Position numbers and translations under genes: made by a program. A DNA stretch of 64,000 nt, taken from Octopus vulgaris. Lineage: Eukaryota. Positions 36,920 to 51,350 of this stretch are shown here, piece after piece; within the stretch, counting starts at the first letter, position 1, and each line of letters starts with the position of its first letter. Under the pieces are notes generated by a model. It did not search any database. It was not told the DNA's origin and saw only the letters and a list, made by a program, of their open reading frames with translations. The stretch covers positions 22,258,001 to 22,322,000 of the forward strand of contig OX597822.1 in NCBI GenBank assembly GCA_951406725.2, given 5' to 3'.

Positions 36920-37587
36920 TGAGGGTGGGCTGAAAAATTCATAGATTGATTATGAAGGAGTGGCATTAGAGCTGTGAAATCTTGCATGCATTAATTTCAA
37001 CTCTTCTTCTTAGAAACTATATTGTTTCTTTCCAAGTAAACTGACATCTTACTTCAAAAGTAACTAGTAGTGACATCTTTTGAAAATTGACAAAATTTGG
37101 CATTGTGATGTTATCAAGTACCTGCAGAAAAGGGGTTTAGCACCCAATGTCGTTCATGCTGATATGCTTCCTATATTAAGGGATGATTCTCCAGTTTTAT
37201 CAACAGTGCAAAAGGGGGCAGCTGAATTTAGAAGGAGAAGAGAGAGTCTTGAAGATGACCCAAGGTCTGGATGTCCTGCAACTGCCACCACTGAAGAAAA
37301 CATTGATTGTGTTCACCACATGGTGATGGATGACAGGCAATTGACTGTAAATCAAATGACCAATGCTATTTGCATTTCCTGTGAGAGAATTGAGAATATT
37401 CTGCACTATGAACTTGGCATGATGAAGCTTTCTGCTTGGTGTGTGCCACATCTTCTAACACTTGATCAAAAGTGCACCAGGCTAATCACATCACAGGAAA
37501 ATCTGGTATTGTTTAAGACAGATCCAACTGGTGTCTTTGAGCATTTTTTAACCCAGGATTAGTGTTGGGTTCATCACTTTGAGCCAG
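36920..37587 (+). pseudogene. Mariner transposon 5' half (left TIR plus transposase N-terminus)
   Basis: TA|tgagggtgggctgaaaa terminus; ORF 37080-37562 has LEDDPRSGCP, AWCVPHLLT and FLTQD*CWVHHFEP (WVPHEL and TGDETW motifs). Confidence 0.88.
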
Positions 37588-40500
37588 TAGAATTTCATTA
37601 TCATTGTTTTTATCATCCTCATCATTTTTGTATTTCTTTTTTGATACATTCAAAACATTTTGAAGCTAATATTACTCAATTGCATGTTCTTCCTCCTGTT
37701 AACTTTGAGCCCTAAAAATGGGCTATGTGGCTAGCTTTCCCCAGGGTTTGAACTTTGAAGGTATAGGAGATGAATCTAAATTTGGTAATGCATTAAGATA
37801 GATTTGTCTGAGATTCTCGTTTGTGCTGTTCACCCTCACCCAATTGGGAAATATTCACTAACAAGCATCCATTCTCCCAATTACAGTAAAATATAATTAG
37901 TTGGAGTCCTTCACAAAAGAGAGACTGGTAGCTTTCTTTTTGTTTTGAAGGGGTGGGGTATACTTATTTTTGTGCAGATTTAAATGAATGAGCATATCAC
38001 TTTGCATGTGTATGTCTGTACGCATATATATTTAAATGTATATATGTGTGTATATGTGAGCAAGTATGGGCATATGGGCATATCTGTGTGATGCTATGTT
38101 GCATTTATATACATCTGTGAAAGCATAGGTGTATATATGAAAGCATATGTATATATGTATGTGCATTTCTTTGTGTGTTTAATGTTCATAGAATTTTCAA
38201 TGCTTCATAAAATCTGATCTAAGAATAAGAAATGATTTATATCAAAAAGAGAAAAAAAAAATGAAATCATAATTGTGGAATTCCAGAGAAGTCTGCAAAA
38301 TTTTACAGTATTTTCTTTAAGTGCTGCAAGTGTGCAGTTAGTTAATGCTGCCAGTTTCAGAAGATAAAATTATTATAGAACCAAATTTTTAATAAATGAA
38401 ATATGCCTATATAACTAAGGGAAGCTAGGAATATACTTTTGTAATTCATTAAAGTTCCAAAATCTTTAATTACATATGGGCAATACATATATCTTTTGCA
38501 TTTGTGTGTGTAGGGAAGGGGTTATTGAGAGAGATAAATATATGTATATATACAGACCTATTGATACATATATACATATATTGCAAAAATGAAATTACAC
38601 ACACACACACACACATGAGTATGTATTTTTAGAGCAAGATAAAAGATGAAATAGCTGAAGGAAAATTATCATTCAATTTTTGAAATTAATTAAAATCTAT
38701 AACAGCAACAACCTCAATCAAATAAAGAACAAAACAAACAAATTAATGAGCAAATAATTAAGCCACACAACAGTCTCTATCTAATTAAACTTTACTGTGA
38801 GAATATTGGAAACTCATTTGGATTTCAGGTTACTTTTGCTTGCTCTCCAGTGTATATGGGAGCACAATGCTTATTTTTCATTATTAATTAGTGCAATTTT
38901 CATCATCGTCATTGACATCATGATCATAATCATCTAAATTTGTCATGGTTTTTTTATTGATCATCTTCATTAAAATTTCGATTACTTGTCATTTTCTCAT
39001 CATCGTCTTGTTATCATCAGCATTGTCTCTCATTCATTGGCATTGCCATCAGCATCATTACTGTAATTGACTTCATCATCCTCTTCTCTACTATCATTAA
39101 CCCAAAGGTTGTTGTAGGCCTCTTGATAATTGTTCCCACCATTGACACAACCCTGCCAGCTACAATGTTTGTATTCATTATCCCCTATCGTGCTATTTCT
39201 TGTTTATCATCATTACATTGCCATTATAGCCCTCATCAATATCTTTCTAATCATCATAATCATCTAATCCAAAAGAAATGGGGGTTTTTTTTGATATGTC
39301 ATTTGAAATTCAAAGTAATAACTAGTTAAAGCATATCATATTTAAGGAAAATTTATTTCTAAGCTGTAAATAAAACATCACTCAGAAGTGAATATTCCAT
39401 AAGAGCCCATTTTTCCTCCTGCACCTTTCTGTTAAACTGTTGATATTAAAGCCTATTACTATTGAAGTCTGCACATCATTCTGTTTAAACCTATTTTGAT
39501 ATTAAGGCTATCTCTTCTTATGATTGATGCAAGTACATCTTGATGTTAAATCTTCCAAAGTCAGTACTATCCTCTTTGGTTGAAGAGAATTGATTACAAA
39601 GTTTCCAGAAGATAGATATAAGCAATCCTCTCACTAAATTATATAACTTTAACCTCAAAACTAATCACATTTATAACAATCATTTAAAGTATTAAACAAC
39701 TATTGCAGATGATATTACTAGATTTACCTAATTATCTTGTCCTTGTTCTTCAGAAGTTGAAGACACAAAGAACAGTCTGCAGAAGAGGCATTTAAAATTT
39801 TAGAAGCTGATCTAAATATTCAGCAAATTCTTGGCATCATTCAGAATTCAAATACGGGTTTCCAACAGAACAGCACTGCTGTGTAGGTTGTGTATATCAA
39901 TGGGAAAATGAAAACTTGACAGTAAGAAAATCTGTCATAATGTAGAGAAATGTTCCCTAGAAACTTCTGTTAGTAAAAATGATGCTTGTAAGTGTCAGAA
40001 GAGGGTAGATTTAGTTTTTTTTCATAGAACAATATTAATAAGATAAAAAATATTAATAAGATAAAAAATATTAATAAGATAAAAAATGAACTAAAAAATA
40101 TGTCTCCTACTATGTGGAATATACAATACATTATATACTGCTTTTACTAGTCATTAACTAAGTACTATAGCAAAGATATCGATTAGACATTCAGAGAGTG
40201 TGTTGGCTGCATGCAAGAGGTCTTCATTTGATTATACTTATTGTCATAATTAAGTGCCTCCAACATTCAGTGTGTGTGTGTGTTTATACACACACATACA
40301 CACATGCATGTAATACACACACACACCTATGACAAAAATTACCAGTCAAGTAGCCAAGCAAAGAACAAAGTAAGTACTTTTAAATGTGCTTGATTATGTT
40401 TAATAATTGAAGAGTTCAAGTGAGCCAAAGAAAAACGAGACACGAACAAGAAAATACACACGAATTCCAAAATAATAGTTTAGTAACCAGTCGTCTAACA

Positions 40501-40867
40501 AGAAAAAAATAGCATTCAAACAAACAAGATCTTATTTGTAATCAACGAAGAACAAGGAGGACTTTACAAAAAAATTAAAGAAAATACTAAAGAGATTTGT
40601 AACATTAATTGAAGGAGTTTCAGCAATCATCATTCTTACAATGACGATGATGATGATGATGATGTCAAGTAAAAAAACACACACACACCAAGTGATGTGT
40701 GAAGGTGTATAAACAAACTTGCTGCAGCAAATAATTACATAATAAAACATCGTTTGCTCTTATAAAAATTAGTGTTTACCCATAATTTGTGAGGATAAAC
40801 AGAAAAGGTTGATGTTGTCTGAGTTGCTATTAAGAAAACTCAATGAATATATATATATATATGTATG

Positions 40868-40905
<38 letters not shown>

Positions 40906-40952
40906 CATCCATCCACCCTTCCATACATCCATCCATACATACATACATACAA

Positions 40953-40986
<34 letters not shown>

Positions 40987-41632
40987 AGGTATATATGCAC
41001 ACACATACATGCATACATATATATATACACACACATACATATATACATATATATATACACACACACTCACACACACACACATACACATATATATGTATGC
41101 ATGTATGTATATATATATGTAATTCATCCTGATGGTCATTTCTCCAACCATAATTGAGTTGTATGGAAGACATTTTGATTCTATCATAGATGATTTGTAT
41201 CATTGTGAATTAGACAGATAACTTAATAATGATATGTTTCAACATTTTATAGAAAGTTACATTCAACTACGCCACTACACATACACACACATAGATATAT
41301 CTAACTAGAGAAGAATATGATCACTCCCTTCTTAAGGAGAGACAAAGATTGACTCTCCAGTGCTAGACAACAATGCAAAAATAATAAGATAAAAGGATTT
41401 AAGAAGTATTTTATCTCATTTCCTTAGGAAAATTCAAATACTTTTTATATCCGTATACAAATAAATAAAAGATTCTTCCATTACTCCCAATTTTTCATTT
41501 TTATCATATGTATAGAGATATACATATATGCATGCTTATGTGAACATACTTATATAAGTGTGTGTTTGTATATATGCAAATGTGTAAGTATCTGTCTCTC
41601 TGTCTCAATAGCTATTTATCTGTGTGTATGTG

Positions 41633-41692
<60 letters not shown>

Positions 41693-41786
41693 TACAAGTT
41701 TATTTATATGTTTATTTATATATAAATATGTATGTAGATAGATAGATAGATATGCTTGCTAGCATATATGTGTACATATGCGTGCG

Positions 41787-41820
<34 letters not shown>

Positions 41821-44213
41821 AGTACCTGAATACATGCATACACACACAGCCACAACACACATTATGTAACATACCATCTATTTTCCATGCCTTCCATAAT
41901 CTGATATTCATATTTATATTACAAATAATATATATACTGAATTGCATTTGTTTGTCAAGGGAGTTGATCTAAGACTGCATGTAGACAGTCAGAGACTCAT
42001 CCTTTATTAAACTAACTACACAACGCAGTAAAGTTGCTTTGATCTACCAAAGTTAAGATATTTCCAGTTCAAAGCCGTTATACTTGGCTAATTTCAAACA
42101 TTCCAGATAGAGACATTGTTATTTGGTCCCAACCATTAGTAATTACTTTCTTCCTTATTTTTGACATTGGTATTTGGTCAGTTTGATTTAGAGAATCAGA
42201 TGGTATATACTGTACAGTCCCATAATATGGTTATTGCTGTTTTCTACATCAGCTCACACCAGTTTTTAATTTGGTTGAAGAACAAAATATCAGTAGATTT
42301 TCCAGTGGAGATATTGAGTAACTATCTAATGTCTGTATTGATATACACAAAAAGTTATTCAGAGATGATTAACTGTAGTGCTGTTTCTTTGAATTAAATG
42401 CAGCATGGACTATTATGTAATAGGTGCAGGCATTTTTGAGTAGTTATGAAGTTTGCTCCACAACCTCATGGTTTGGGGATCAGACGTGCTGTGCAGCACC
42501 TAGGGTAAGAGTCTTCTAGTATAACCCTAGGCTGATCAATGCTCTGTGCAGGAATTTGGATGATGGAAACTGCACATATGCATGCACACACACATACACA
42601 CACACACACACACGTGCGTGTGTGTGTCATAATATCAACTTATCCACTAGTTTGTTTAAGCAGTGACAATGTTGATGTTCACCATTGTTACTATTTAAGC
42701 AAACTGGTAGGGACTAGTGGGAAATTGGTACTTATCTGCTGTTTAGAGAGATAGGGACTTGATATTTATCTGCTTTGTTTTAGTGCTGGGGTTCGATGTT
42801 AATTTGCTGTTTTGAGGTTAGGGACTTGATATTTATCTTCCTTCTTATTTCTCAGTTGATTTATCATCTTTATTGCTCCATTTTGGTTTTTAAAAAGAAT
42901 CATATCTTTAATGATGGGAGGCTTTCCTTGGATTTAGATTGACCTTTCATCTATTTTTCAGAAGAATTGTGAGGATTTGGTTTAGGATATTGTTAGAAAG
43001 AAAAACCATTTGCAAATATTTTATACTTGTTTCTGCTGAATTAGTTTAATAAATCTTTACAGCAGCAACGTCATAGTTTCATGTCCATGCTCTATGTTGG
43101 CATGTGTTGGATGGTTTGACAAGATCTTATGGGTTCAAAACTGCATCATGCTTCAGTATCAACTTTGGCATAGTTTTTATGGTGAGTTGTCCTTCCCTAT
43201 GTCAAACCTTTTTCAGAGCTTACTAGATGCTTTTTTCATACCACCAGCACTGGTGAGGTCATAGCTGGCAAAACTATGAAACTCAAGGGTGAAGCTTTAT
43301 ACTAGAAGGTAAGAGACAAAAGCATGAGAGAAGGGATTGGAGTAGAACAGGTTTCTTGCTGTAGAAGGACCATATAACAACTCATAGAAGAGAAGTTTCC
43401 CACATCAGAGTTTCTTATCAGTTCCAAACTCTCCAAGTTTTCAGAGGAACCTCATGGGAAGTTGGTCTCTGACTACTACATTCTTCAAATTCTTAATATT
43501 TTTACTTTCTAAAGCATGAGCTGCTGCTATGAATAATGCCCCAGTCATTTCCAACTGAGCAAATCATAAGGTATGTTGATAGCTGGCCAAACAACTAAAC
43601 ATGAAACAGAGATTTACTGTCCAAGTCATACCATACTTCCACCAAGTTGAAAGCCATAAGTCACTCTCTAACATGCAAGAAAGGAATTCTATAGCAGAGG
43701 CAAGGGTTTTATTTAAGGGTTTCACTTTCTCCTTTGGTACAATATTGAAAAAATGTTTTTAATTATTTTTATTATTTTATGTTTCTTAAGTTTTTGAAGT
43801 CAAAGTCTACTGCAATCAGTTTTATTTTTTCCCATTCTTGGACCAAAAAATAAGTGTCAGCAATGTCCTGGGATCAGTCACATTGTTTACACTTTTGGAC
43901 CCAAAATAATTTGTATTTATATGACCTGTGATATTTAATTATGTGCCTAGATATTCTAAGTTCAAAACCTACTGGGGCTAACTTTGCATTTTATCACTAT
44001 AATATTAATGAGTCAAGTAGTAGTCATTATACTGAATACCAACGTGGAAAGGTGTAACCTAATACCACCATTAGAAATAATAATTATTATTTCACATAAC
44101 CGCCCACCCTCACACACCACCATAGATGAAATATTTTGAATTTTCTGCAATTTTTGCTTTTCTGAGATATTTTTTGCATGATAATCAATGTGTGTGTGTG
44201 TGTGCATGTGTGT

Positions 44214-44250
<37 letters not shown>

Positions 44251-44254
44251 TACA

Positions 44255-44724
44255 GATATAGGGTGGAAGATAATTAATTTGATAAAATCAACAAATTTCA
44301 CCTAGTAGTTTTTCGGCATAGAAAAGGACCATATTCGATAAAAACTTATACAAAAAGTTTTTTTATATATAATTATAACAATAAGTGTTTTGCAACAAGT
44401 TGCTTGACCACATACTGAAAATTTTAGAAATAGCAGCCAAAAGACTACTATTTCCTTTTTCTACAAAAATATGTCTCCACAGAAAACAATATCTGTAACT
44501 CACACATGGCAAAAAAGAAGAAAAATAATGAACTCAAACAGTCTTCGATTAATCATGGATGCACGTTTCTTCTTTTTTGCCATATATGAGTTACAAATAT
44601 TGTTGTCTGTGGAGACATATTTTTGTAGAAAAAGGAAATAGTAGTCTTTTGGGTGCTATTTCTAAAATTTTTGGTATGTGGTCAAGAAACTTGTTGCAAG
44701 ACCCCTATTGTTATAAATATATAT
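44255..44724. mobile_element. Fold-back insertion with ~160-bp arms between (TA)n tracts
   Basis: 44365-44523 is the reverse complement of 44566-44724. Confidence 0.8.
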
Positions 44725-44951
44725 ATATATATATATATATACATACATACAGAGACAGACAGATATGTAAAGTGTAACCACTTAGATAATAGATCATCGT
44801 TTGATAATTTAATAGAAATCACTCTTACATTGAAGTCAAAACACTAATAAAGTGCAATAATTACACCATTGTCAGGCCTGTTGCAACATTTCATATTATA
44901 TGCTTTTCCAATATTAACCCACATACATTATATATATATGTCTGTCTATGT

Positions 44952-46212
44952 ATCATCATCATCATCATCGTTTAGCGTCCGTTTTCTGTGCTAGCATGGG
45001 TTGGACGGTTTGACTGGGGTTTGGGGAGCCAGGGGCTGCTTCAGGCTCCAGTCTGATCTGGCAGTGTTTCTACAGCTGGATGCCCTTCCTAACGCCAACC
45101 ACTCCACGAGTGTAGTGGGTGCTTTTTACGTGCCATTGCCACAGGTGCCAGAGGGGTCTGGCATCGGCCACAATCGGTTGGTGGTTTTTATGTGCCACCA
45201 GCACAGAAGCCAGTCGAGGCGGTGCTGGCATCGGCCACGTTCGGATGGTGCTTTTTATGTGCCACCGGCACAGAAGCCAGTCGAGGCAGGGCTGGCATCG
45301 GCCACGTTCGGATGGTGCTTTTTATGTGCCACCGGCACAGAAGCCATTCAAGGCGGGGTTGGCATCGGTCACGTTCGGATGGTGCTTTTTATATGCCACC
45401 GGCACAGAAGCCAGTCGAGGCGGCACTGGCAACGGCCACGTTCGGATGGTGCTTTTTATGTGCCACCGGCACAGGTATCACAACTACTGTTTCCATTGAT
45501 ATTTGGTTCGATGTTCATGTACATGCACTTGACTCAACAGGTCTCCACAAGCACAGCAAGATGTTCCGGGATCCAAGGTACTTTGAATGGGCAGGGCTAT
45601 GCGGAACTGGTGCCGGAAGCATCCCAGGTCTTAGTAGTCACAGCACATCTCCAGAGATCTCGGTTCTTCGCCATTGCCTCAGTGAGGCCCAACGCTCTGA
45701 GGTCATGCTTGACTACCTCATCCCATGTCTTCCTGGGTCTACCTCTCCCCTGATTCCTTCAACTGTTCGGGAGTGGCACTTCTTCACACATCTCTCCTCA
45801 TCCATCCGCAGTACATGACCATACCATCGCAAGCGTTGCTCCTGCACACCGCATCTGATACTTCTTATGCCTAGCATTTCCCTCAGGGTGCTTACTCTCT
45901 GTCGTGCATGGACACTGACATTACACATCCAGCGGATCATGCTAGCTTCATTTCTTTCAAGTCTACGCATGTCCTCTGCAGTCACGGCCCAGGTTTCACT
46001 GCTGTGAGGCATGGCAGTTCGCACACATGCATCATACAATCTACCTTTCACTCTGAGTGAGAGACCCTTTGTCGCCAGTAGGGGTAGGAGCTTTCTAAAC
46101 TTTGCCTAGGCTATTCGTATTCTAGTGGTGACACTCTCTGAGCATCCACCCCCACTACTAACTTGGTCACCCAGGTAGCAGAAACTATCAACTACTTCTA
46201 GTTTCTCCCCCT
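44952..46212 (-). mobile_element. 5'-truncated RTE LINE with 67-bp tandem hairpin units in the 3' UTR
   Basis: LEVVDSFCYLG...KGRLYDACVRTAM...RLRWYGHV (45713-46200); about five and a half units at 45118-45480; (GAT)n tail. Confidence 0.9.
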
Positions 46213-47458
46213 GTTATTTATGTATGTGCATATATATATATATACACATACAGCATGTCTATATGTATATACCTATATGTGTGTGTGTGTCTATGTGTAG
46301 ATGTGTGTGTATGTGTGTGCCTGATTATATATTTATTATGATTCTGCTTACCAGTAGTGATATTAATAATCATACATATGTATTAACTAGTTTATAGCAA
46401 ATAGTAATAATAAGGTTGATTGAATTAATTTCATCAAAATATTGGCATTGCTTATGAGTATTTCAGAAATTTCTGCCAATGTTAATGTCAAAATATACTG
46501 GATTATTTGTTATGAATAAAAGAAATGAAAAGAAACAGAAGAAAATAAATAAATTTTTAAAGAAACAAAATAGAAAAAAAAATTGTTTCATTACTAAGAA
46601 TACACACACAACACACACATGCATGCATGCACACACACATACACGCACACACACACAGGGGGATAGATATAAGCACACATACACAAATATATACATATAT
46701 CAATCCATTGCCATCTTCTTAGACGAATAACTTCTGTTGGCAAAAATGCTGATTTTGAAAGAATTATTTGTATATTAAGTTTATTTAAGCAGGCACAGGT
46801 TTGTGTGTATCATGTGTGTGTTTGTGTGTACTTAGAGGCATGTCTGTGTATACAAAGTAAATTATAAATTAACAGCTAAAATTTTAACCTAAAGAATAGC
46901 AAACACTATAAATCTCTATATATCAAATCAATGAAAGAACAAAAGACATGCTGAAAAAGAGTATTGAACCACAAATGTTTCATTAACCAAGCAAGCAAAT
47001 CTGCCAGTTATTACACTACACTGACTTCACACTTCATTGCTGTTGTTTATAATTGTGTATCATTTACTATATTTGCGTCATTGGTGTACACCAGTGAATT
47101 AATTTGATTTCCATTAAACAAATCACTGGATATTTAATTAACCAATTTAGTACCATATCATTCATAATTTCTGATGACACATGTGTGTTAATACTGGAAG
47201 AGATTATAATACCCAAGGTTTCAACACGTCTGACATCGGAGAGATCTATTGCACATTACACTGCCATAAGAACCTTGATACTATGTATTAAATGATAATC
47301 TATTATCATAGTAGTTACATTTAACCTATTATCTACATGGTGAAAAGAATGAGGCTGATGCTAGCAAGCAAGATTTATGAGTGTCATGTATGTATTTATC
47401 CACATGTCTTTTGATTAGTATAGAATATAATGTTTTGTATCTTCATTTTATAGTAGAA

Positions 47459-47850
47459 CTAGCAGTATTGCCCGGCGTTGCTCGGGTTTGTTTCGACCCT
47501 TTAGAATTGGAATTTTTGAAAAGTAAAAATTTCGCATTATGTAGCTTGTAATTCTCTTTAAGTGAACATTTTTCTGGTTGAAATACACCGAAAAATGGCG
47601 ACACAGCAATAAAAAAAATCATAAAAAATAGGGATTTTCATAGAAAAAAAAGCACCTTTTTGATGTAAATAATTTTTGGTGTTAACATGGTCCGATTTGA
47701 ATTTTTTCTTCAACGGAAAGAAGAGCAAGCATTCTTCTATCATACTCTCAATTTTGGTCAATTTGCGCTGCAGGGTCTCGGAGGAGATAGTGTTAGTTGA
47801 AGGCTACCAAACCTGCCACACACAGACAACTTCAGCTTTATATATATAGA
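47459..47850 (-). mobile_element. Complete non-autonomous Helitron (392 bp)
   Basis: Minus strand: a|TCTATATATATAAAG...CCCGAGCAACGCCGGG hairpin...CTAG|t. Confidence 0.88.
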
Positions 47851-48319
47851 TTTCATTATCATTATTATCATCATCATCAATCTTACATTCTTTCTTTTTT
47901 CCATACTGGCATGGGTTAGACAAAACATTCTGAAGCAGATATTATTCATTTGGGTGTTCTTCCTTCTGCTAACAATTGCTTGTTTCCCAAGTAAGGTAGT
48001 TTTTCATTACATCCTTCCTAAGCTACTGAATTAGATTGAGAACATTTGTACACTTGGGAAGTCAACAATGTCATTGTCTTTTGCTCATTTAAAGCTAATG
48101 AGGACACTCATACACACATGCACATCAATGCTTTACTGTTCAGTTTTCTATGCAAGCCTGGGTCAGATGGAATTTGTTGAGGTAAATTTTCTAAAGCCAG
48201 ATATCCTTTTTGTCACCAAGTCTCACCTGTACCCAATCAAGGTAATATTTCTCCATGCCCAATAACATTTTTTCTCGGGAGGTTAGAAATAAATAACACT
48301 CATTTATAGCCATCACACA

Positions 48320-48356
<37 letters not shown>

Positions 48357-48534
48357 CACACACACACACATACGTATATACATACATTCACACATACACA
48401 CAATAGATTACCTTGCAGTTTCCATCCATCAATTCCACTAAGAAGGCATTGGTCTGCATGGCAGTGGGACTGAACCTGAAACCCCATGTTTGAAATGTGA
48501 ACTCCATAATCACCCAGCCATATAGTGATCTCTT

Positions 48535-48922
48535 GTTTTTTTCTACTTGTTTCAGTCATTTGATTGTGGCCATGCTGGAGCACCACCTTTAGTTGAACAA
48601 ATTGACCCCAGGACTTATTCTTTGTAAGCTTAGTACTTATTCTATCGGATTCTTTTGCCAAACCACTAAGTTACAGTGGCATAAACACACCAGCATTGTT
48701 TGTCAAGCGATGTTGGGAGAGGACAAAGACACACAAACATATATATGTATATATATATATACATATATACGACAGTTTCCGTCTACCAAATCCACTCACA
48801 AGGCTTTGGTTGGCCCGAGACTATAGTAGAAGACACTTGCCCAAGGTGCCATGCAGTGGGACTGAACCCGGAATCATGTGGTTGGTAAGCATACTACTTA
48901 CCACACAGCCACTCCTACACCT
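48535..48922 (-). mobile_element. SINE family 1
   Basis: Reverse complement of 18478-18915. Confidence 0.8.
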
Positions 48923-51251
48923 GTACTTATTGGTAAATACTGTTAAGAAATAAAGCATTATTTGAATTATCCCTCCAACTAAATTTCTCTGGGTTGAATA
49001 GGACATGCAGTCATGTTTAAGTGAGCTTTTGATTACTCATAATATTTAAGCTGGTTCCTGATAAAGAAGACTTTAAATCTAAACTGAGTTGAGTTTTAGA
49101 TATATACCTCAATTAGAGGGGACTTCATGAGGACTGAAGTTGTAAAGTCGTTGCTTGAAAGTCCCAATTTGAAATTTGGAAATGAGTTCTGCACTGAAGT
49201 ATCCATAAATATACTATTAACATCAGTGAATTAATACAACCACAAGGGAAATCACTTTTAAGAATGCTTAAAAATGCTAGGGATTTGTAGGAACCTCATG
49301 ATTATACTGTGGATACTTGCCACTGGATTAACCTATTTAACTGATTGCCTTATCATTTTCTTTATCAAGAGGCTGAAAGCACGATGTATTTTGCCATGCT
49401 GTGCCAACAATCTTTATCCCCTATTAGCTTTGGTAGGTCCTCAGTTTTGTGTTGTCTCTCTGTCAATAACATCATGTAAGCGGGGATAAATATCACCTCT
49501 CAGTATTTATACTGCCTCTGTCTCTAATAAACACTTTTTAAAAAACTTACTCTGGCTAATCATGACACCAGTGCCTGTTCTGACACTATTGTTCTATATA
49601 TTTCTAGTGGGGAGATGAATTGCTCCTATTTCTAGTGGTCAAGCATCCATCATTGACAAGACCAAGGAAGGTCGAAATCATATGATCAAATGGAGGTGGC
49701 TGAGATTTATCTCCCTTCTAGTGATATAAACAAGAGTAAATTTTGCACCAAAAGCCAGTATAAGAGTTTTATCATGGTAACTACTGCAGTATAATATGTT
49801 CTAACAGAACCTCCACATTTGAGTGAGGATAAATATTACCCCTCAACTTAGTTAAGTCCCTGTTAATAATATCAATATTGTCAAGTGGTCCTCATCAGTA
49901 GATATACACCCTGTCTAATTCATATTATTTGTCAGAGTTTCCATGAGATAGAATGGTAGACCTTTATTGAGTCCCAAGTGTGTGCATTTTGGCAGTGCAA
50001 TAAATATAACTTACTGAATGGCTTTAGCAAGTTTTAATTTCTTTTAGCTTAAAATTGTCTTAGTGCCACTAAATAAATACACTATTATAAAGAATTCTTT
50101 GATTGCTTTGCATTTTAAAGAGTAATTAAGGATGCACAATGTTATAGTTATAAACTTCATTCTGAAAGTTAGTTTGCATTAGCTGTGGAAACCTTTCTAA
50201 AACTGAGACATTGGAACAAGACATGGTCTTCTGAATGTTGGACCCTTTTGAATCCCCTGACCCATGTCAGCATAGGAAGCAGACACAAAATGATGATAAT
50301 GATGGTGTGTTGGTGGTGGTGGTGGTGGTGACAGTGGCACCAATGTCAGTGGGATTGATAGTGGCAATGAGGATGATGCTGATGATGTAAACATCTTCAT
50401 CTGAAAAGCCAAAAATGCAGTTTTGATTATTTTGTTTCTCATAGTGAAGTCTCTTATTGTTATAAAGATGTCAAACAGCTTGACAGAGAGATAATATGAA
50501 AAAACAATCCACTAACTTTATTATGTCTATTCCTATGTTTTGTAGACACATCAATAAGTGTATTTCAAGTTTTCCATTGTAATTAATTGCTTTTTTACCT
50601 CTGATTTTCTCTGTCGCTAAATTTAATAAAACTGGCCATAAAGTAAGTTTGCACCATTGTAACCTAACTTCCTAAAATGTTTTGTAAGTTGCTTAGGGAT
50701 TTATAGAATTTCACTTGTCACTTCCTAATTACAGAAAAGTTTAGTTTATTCTTGTAATAAATTTAGATAAATATAGCAATTTGTGTACTCCAAGAAAAAT
50801 CTACAATTTCTCATATATGTATAGAAAAGTACTTCTGTGCTATAGAAAAACAACAGTTGCTGTGACACTCATAACTCATCTTCTACACAGTAGCAAAGAT
50901 CTGTGCTGCAAATATCAATATGATTTGTATCTGTATATACTACATTTTCCATCATATAAGTCAAGCTTTTCATACCAAAATTTACAGCCAAAATAGGAGG
51001 TTGACTTACACCAAAACTACTTTGGAGGACCAAAAATTTCATGTGAAATGCAGTAGGAATTGGAAAGATTGTGATGGTGTTTGAATGTCCACATTATATG
51101 TTCACATTATTTATTATATTGATTTGTATGCTGGAAAGTATGGTATGTATATGTGTGTGAGTGAGTGTGTGTATTTGAATTGTCATCGTGGATGACAAAG
51201 TGGATGCCAGACTCATCCAAAACAAACACTACATTCAAGAGGTTTATTATA

Positions 51252-51304
<53 letters not shown>

Positions 51305-51350
51305 TATATAAGTATGTATGTATATATATATGTATGTATATATATATGAA

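Noticed and set aside
39745-39890. Possible host exon after ttgttcttcag
   Set aside because: All three frames hit stops and no recognisable domain or partner exon was found.
45118-45480. CRISPR-like appearance of constant repeats with variable segments
   Set aside because: The variable parts are short hairpin loops homologous to each other, the context is a eukaryotic LINE 3' UTR, and no cas genes are present.
45001-45818. 250-aa and 208-aa plus-strand ORFs, and similar ORFs at 54990-57093
   Set aside because: Read-throughs of the GC-rich repeated LINE 3' UTR in several frames.
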